Of a stretch of 64,000 nucleotides of DNA, positions 60,798 through 64,000 are shown one piece after another (the first letter of the stretch is position 1; the number at the start of each line of letters is the position of its first letter). Origin of the DNA: Vulcanimicrobiota bacterium (lineage in GTDB: Bacteria > Vulcanimicrobiota > Vulcanimicrobiia > Vulcanimicrobiales > Vulcanimicrobiaceae); assembly GCA_963786105.1 (NCBI GenBank), contig CAWAXX010000014.1:32001-96000 (forward strand), in the 5' to 3' direction. The translations under genes and the position numbers were made by a program. The notes beneath the pieces are model-generated. The model did no database searches. It had not been told where the DNA came from and was given only the letters and a program-made list of their open reading frames with translations.

Positions 60798-61709
60798 ATG
60801 TCCCGAGCGTTCGCTGCCGCCACCTTCTCCCTGCTATGCGCTTTTGGCGCGCAGACGGCGCTTGCCGCCGGTGCCCCTGCTGCGGTTACCGCTCAAACGG
60901 TCATCCACCCCGGCGATCAGCTCGGCGTCCTCGTTTTCGGGGATCAGTCCCTTACGCAGAACGTCATGGTGCTTTCCGACGGAACGATCGAGTTTCCGCT
61001 GGTGGGTCGCGTCGCCGTCGCCGGAAAAACGCCGAGCGCGGCATCGGCCGTGCTCGCCGAGCGCCTCAGCCGTTACGTTCGCCATCCCGTCATTACCATT
61101 TCGATCGCACAGCTCGGCCAGCCAAACGTGCTCGTTCTTGGCGAAGTGAAATTGCCGGGCAAGTATCAGCTTCGTTCGGAAGCAAAGCTCACCGATGCCA
61201 TTGCGGCGGCCGGCGGCATCGCCGATAGCAACGGTGCCTTTCCCGATGCGCGCGTTGCCGATTCCGCCGGCAAAGTGACGGTGGTTTCCCTTCAGAATCT
61301 TCTTCAACGCGGCGATACCTCGCTCGACATGCCGCTCGGGGAGGGTTCGGTCGTCTACGTGCCCGGTCCGATACGCTTTACCGTCAGCGTTGCCGGCGCC
61401 GTCGACCATCCCGGCGACGTTCAAGTGAACGAAGGCGATCGTCTATCGATGGTGATCGCCAAAGCCGGAAACAGCCAAAACGCCCAGGCCGACCTCAACC
61501 ACATTCATTTGATTCGCATGGGCACCGACGGCAAACAGACGACCACCGAAGTCAATCTCTACCTCGTCCTCAAGGGCGGCGATCCAAACGCGGACGTCGC
61601 GCTGGAGAAGGGTGACGTCGTCTACGTTCCTCAGGGCGTTCGACACGCCGACATATTCTCTGGGATCGGCAGCGGCTTACTCTACGTGCTCACTCACTTC
61701 ATCCCGTAG
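60798..61709 (+). CDS. polysaccharide export protein (Wza/OPX: Poly_export + SLBB domains)
   Basis: PGDQL.V.VFG, DGTIEFPLVG.V.VAGKT, VLGEVKLPG, LEKGDVVYVP; C-terminal amphipathic helix. Confidence 0.87.
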   Translation: MSRAFAAATFSLLCAFGAQTALAAGAPAAVTAQTVIHPGDQLGVLVFGDQSLTQNVMVLSDGTIEFPLVGRVAVAGKTPSAASAVLAERLSRYVRHPVITISIAQLGQPNVLVLGEVKLPGKYQLRSEAKLTDAIAAAGGIADSNGAFPDARVADSAGKVTVVSLQNLLQRGDTSLDMPLGEGSVVYVPGPIRFTVSVAGAVDHPGDVQVNEGDRLSMVIAKAGNSQNAQADLNHIHLIRMGTDGKQTTTEVNLYLVLKGGDPNADVALEKGDVVYVPQGVRHADIFSGIGSGLLYVLTHFIP

Positions 61710-62404
61710 CGCCGGCGAGAACGGCGCGCGCGCGCGAAAAGATCGCGTCGAACATCGCCGCGGTCAGCACCCCGGTATTCGTGTTCTGCCGGCTCGGGTG
61801 ATACGAAGCGATTGCAACGATTTGCCGCCCGCTCGAAGGTCGCCACCACTTCTCCCGCGTGCCTGAAAGCCGGTTTCGGCGGATCGAGCGACCAGCCGCG
61901 CTCCCGCAAGACTTTTAGGATGGCGAGAAATCCTATCGATCCAAGCCCGATGATGACGCGCAAGCGTGAGAGCGCCTCGAATTCTTCGAGTAAATAGGGA
62001 AAACAGTTGCGCAGCTGTTGGGGCGTCGGTTTGTTCTGCGGCGGCGCGCAGCGCAGCGCCGCCGTGATGAGGCAATCGACGAGTTGCAATCCGTCGCCGA
62101 GATCGACCGCGCGCGGCTGCGTTGCAAAACCGGCGCGAAATAGCGCGGGATAAAGAAAGTCGCCGGACGCGTCGCCGGTGAACGGACGTCCGGTGCGATT
62201 GCTGCCGTGCGCACCGGGGGCGAGGCCGACCAGCATGACGCGCGCACGGTCATTGCCGAAAGCCGGAACCGGCTTTCCCCAATACGTGCTGCCGGCGTGC
62301 GCGCGCTTTTTCTCACGCGCGATCCGTGCCGTGTACGCGCGCAACTCCGGACAACGCGTACATTTTACGACGGCGCGTTCGATCGACTCCAGCGACCTTT
62401 TCAT
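61699..62404 (-). CDS. udgB: uracil-DNA glycosylase family 5 (UdgB), extra base at 61828-61830
   Basis: CTRC, GLAPGAHGSNRTGRPFTGD, RCAPPQNKP. Frame correction restores SYHPSRQNTNTG and a TGA at 61699-61701. Confidence 0.85.
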
Positions 62405-62441
62405 GAAGGCGAGACTTCGCCGTATGTCATGATAGGCTTTC

Positions 62442-63650
62442 ATGGGCGACACTCACGTTGCCGAAGGCGTCGTACCGGCGTCGCTCGATCGTGCGGGCGT
62501 TGCGCTTCTTTCGCTGGCGCACGTTGCGAACGACGCCAATCAGAGCGTCTTGCCGGCGATCATTCCTTGGCTCATCGCGCATCGCGGGCTCTCGCTGACG
62601 GCCGCGGCAACGCTGGTGCTCGCGATGAACCTCTCGTCGTCGGTCATCCAGCCGCTTTTCGGTCACATCTCGGATCGCAAATCGCTCGTGTGGGTTATCC
62701 CGCTATCGCTATTGCTGGCGACGTCCGGCACCGCCGCCATCGGCTTTGCACCGTCGATGCCGTTCATGTTTTTAGGCGCGCTGATTTCGGGGATCGGCGT
62801 TGCGGCGTTTCATCCCGAAGGCTCGCGGTACGCGAACTACTTCGGCGGGTCGCAGCGCGCGACCGCGATGAGCTGGTTCACGACCGGCGGATACCTGGGC
62901 TTCGCCATCGGCCCGATCATCGTGACGCCGCTGCTTCTGGTGTTCGGCCTGCACGGAACGGCGTTTCTCATGATTCTCGGGGTGATTCTGGCCGGATTGC
63001 TCGCGCGCGAAATACCGCGCTTCGAGTGCGCGCGTTTGCGCGCACATCAGGCGCGGCGCCACCGTCGCGGCGTCGACGACTGGCGCGCCTTCTCGATCAT
63101 GACCGTCCTGGTCGCGCTGCGGTCGACGGTATTTTTTGCGATCGTCACGTTTATGCCGGTCTTTGCCATCGCCGTTACCCACGTAGACAAAGCCCTGGGC
63201 TCGGTCGCGCTGGCGGCGATGCTGCTCGGCGGTGCGGCCGGCACGCTGTGGGGCGGCCGTCTTGCCGACCGCCTCGACAGACGCCGCGTCATTTCGATCT
63301 CGCTGTTTTTCACCACGCTCTTCGGCGCCGCCATCGTCCTGGCCGGAACGTACGCGCCCCAGTACGCGGTGCTGGTTCCGCTTGCCGTGGCTTTCGGCGT
63401 TGCCATCGGGTTGTCGGCGGGCGTCATCGTGGTGGTGGGCCAAGAGTATTTGCCGCAGCGCATCGGGATGGCCGCCGGTGTGACGCTCGGCTTATCGGTG
63501 ACGATCGGCGGATTTGCAGCGCCGTTGTTCGGCGCGATCGGCGACCGGCACGGTTTGATTCCCGTGTTTGCGACGGCGACGGTCTTCGCCGTGCTGGCGC
63601 TCGCCGTGTCGTTCGCCATGCCGAAACCCGCGCAACTCTCGCGCGCGTAG
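62442..63650 (+). CDS. MFS transporter (Fsr/fosmidomycin-resistance-like)
   Basis: LAHVAND, QPLFGHISDR, GVAAFHPEG, GRLADRLDRR; about 12 TMs. Confidence 0.87.
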   Translation: MGDTHVAEGVVPASLDRAGVALLSLAHVANDANQSVLPAIIPWLIAHRGLSLTAAATLVLAMNLSSSVIQPLFGHISDRKSLVWVIPLSLLLATSGTAAIGFAPSMPFMFLGALISGIGVAAFHPEGSRYANYFGGSQRATAMSWFTTGGYLGFAIGPIIVTPLLLVFGLHGTAFLMILGVILAGLLAREIPRFECARLRAHQARRHRRGVDDWRAFSIMTVLVALRSTVFFAIVTFMPVFAIAVTHVDKALGSVALAAMLLGGAAGTLWGGRLADRLDRRRVISISLFFTTLFGAAIVLAGTYAPQYAVLVPLAVAFGVAIGLSAGVIVVVGQEYLPQRIGMAAGVTLGLSVTIGGFAAPLFGAIGDRHGLIPVFATATVFAVLALAVSFAMPKPAQLSRA

Positions 63651-63662
63651 CGTTTGGTTCGC

Positions 63663-64000
63663 CTAAACGAGCCCCGGAAAGCTCAACTTTTCTAGAGCCG
63701 CGTAGGTCGCGATCCCGACGGCCGTCGAGAGGTTGATACTCCGCACGCTGTCTTCGCGCATCGGAATGCGCAGCGTGCAATCCGGATAGCGTCCGAGCAA
63801 ATCGCTTGGCAAGCCCTTCGTTTCCTTACCGAATATCAGAACGTCGCCGGCGGCGAACGGCGCTCGAGAATACACGCGGCGCCCGCGCGTTGAAAAGAAC
63901 CAGCGCCGACGCGATGCGGTAGCCTCCAAAAAAGCTCCGAGCGAGGGATGCACCACCAGCTTCACGTGATGCCAGTAGTCGAGTCCGGCCCGTTTTAGTT
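63663..64000 (-). CDS. trmL: tRNA (cytidine(34)-2'-O)-methyltransferase, 5' end outside the window
   Basis: LKRAGLDYWHHV at the window edge, IFGKETKGLP, LRIPM...RSINLS. Confidence 0.9.
   Translation of the reverse strand, partial: LKRAGLDYWHHVKLVVHPSLGAFLEATASRRRWFFSTRGRRVYSRAPFAAGDVLIFGKETKGLPSDLLGRYPDCTLRIPMREDSVRSINLSTAVGIATYAALEKLSFPGLV

Noticed and set aside
1682..63736. Long antisense or alternate-frame ORFs (e.g. 1682-2806, 13250-14410, 48448-49593, 62207-63736)
   Set aside because: Shadows of well-supported genes in high-GC DNA; no recognisable motifs.
1..64000. rRNA, tRNA, integrase, transposase, prophage or defence genes
   Set aside because: None recognised by eye; intergenic gaps are short and show no cloverleaf or att-like structure. 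A covariance-model search was not possible.

Overview
GC-rich bacterial chromosomal segment. Its gene content suggests a diderm Terrabacteria lineage, most plausibly Vulcanimicrobiota (Eremiobacterota/WPS-2); this is an inference from expanded lipoprotein phosphoesterases and beta-propellers, fabF-rnc-smc order and ADP-heptose genes. Layout: GMC oxidoreductase/epimerase operon, acid-sphingomyelinase-like phosphodiesterase and a GT2 (0-5.7 kb); fabF-rnc-smc-purH (5.8-12.9 kb); secreted phosphoesterases and beta-propeller lipoproteins (12.9-18.2 and 32-35.6 kb); a YcgR/YcgQ-like metal-permease fusion interrupted by an in-frame UGA; a hisS-accB-gmhA-hldA-hldC-lpxB-like-GT2/GT9-aspS operon (20-31.6 kb); a ~26 kb Wzy/Wzc/Wza-type polysaccharide locus with an Amj-family flippase, a glucuronyl C5-epimerase, a diamino-uronate-type sugar pathway, two GT-C enzymes and three LuxR-type regulators (35.7-61.7 kb); then udgB, an MFS transporter and a partial trmL. 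Best leads: (1) an uncalled 48-codon ORF (signal peptide plus tandem DTPGGP repeats) directly upstream of a TPR-like/LuxR regulator, a candidate peptide-signalling system; (2) a candidate selenocysteine UGA with a SECIS-like hairpin; (3) recurrent DosR-box-like palindromes in promoters. About six apparent 1-2 nt indels (including in fabF) indicate assembly errors, so single-base claims need read-level checks. No rRNA, tRNA, CRISPR array or mobile element was seen.
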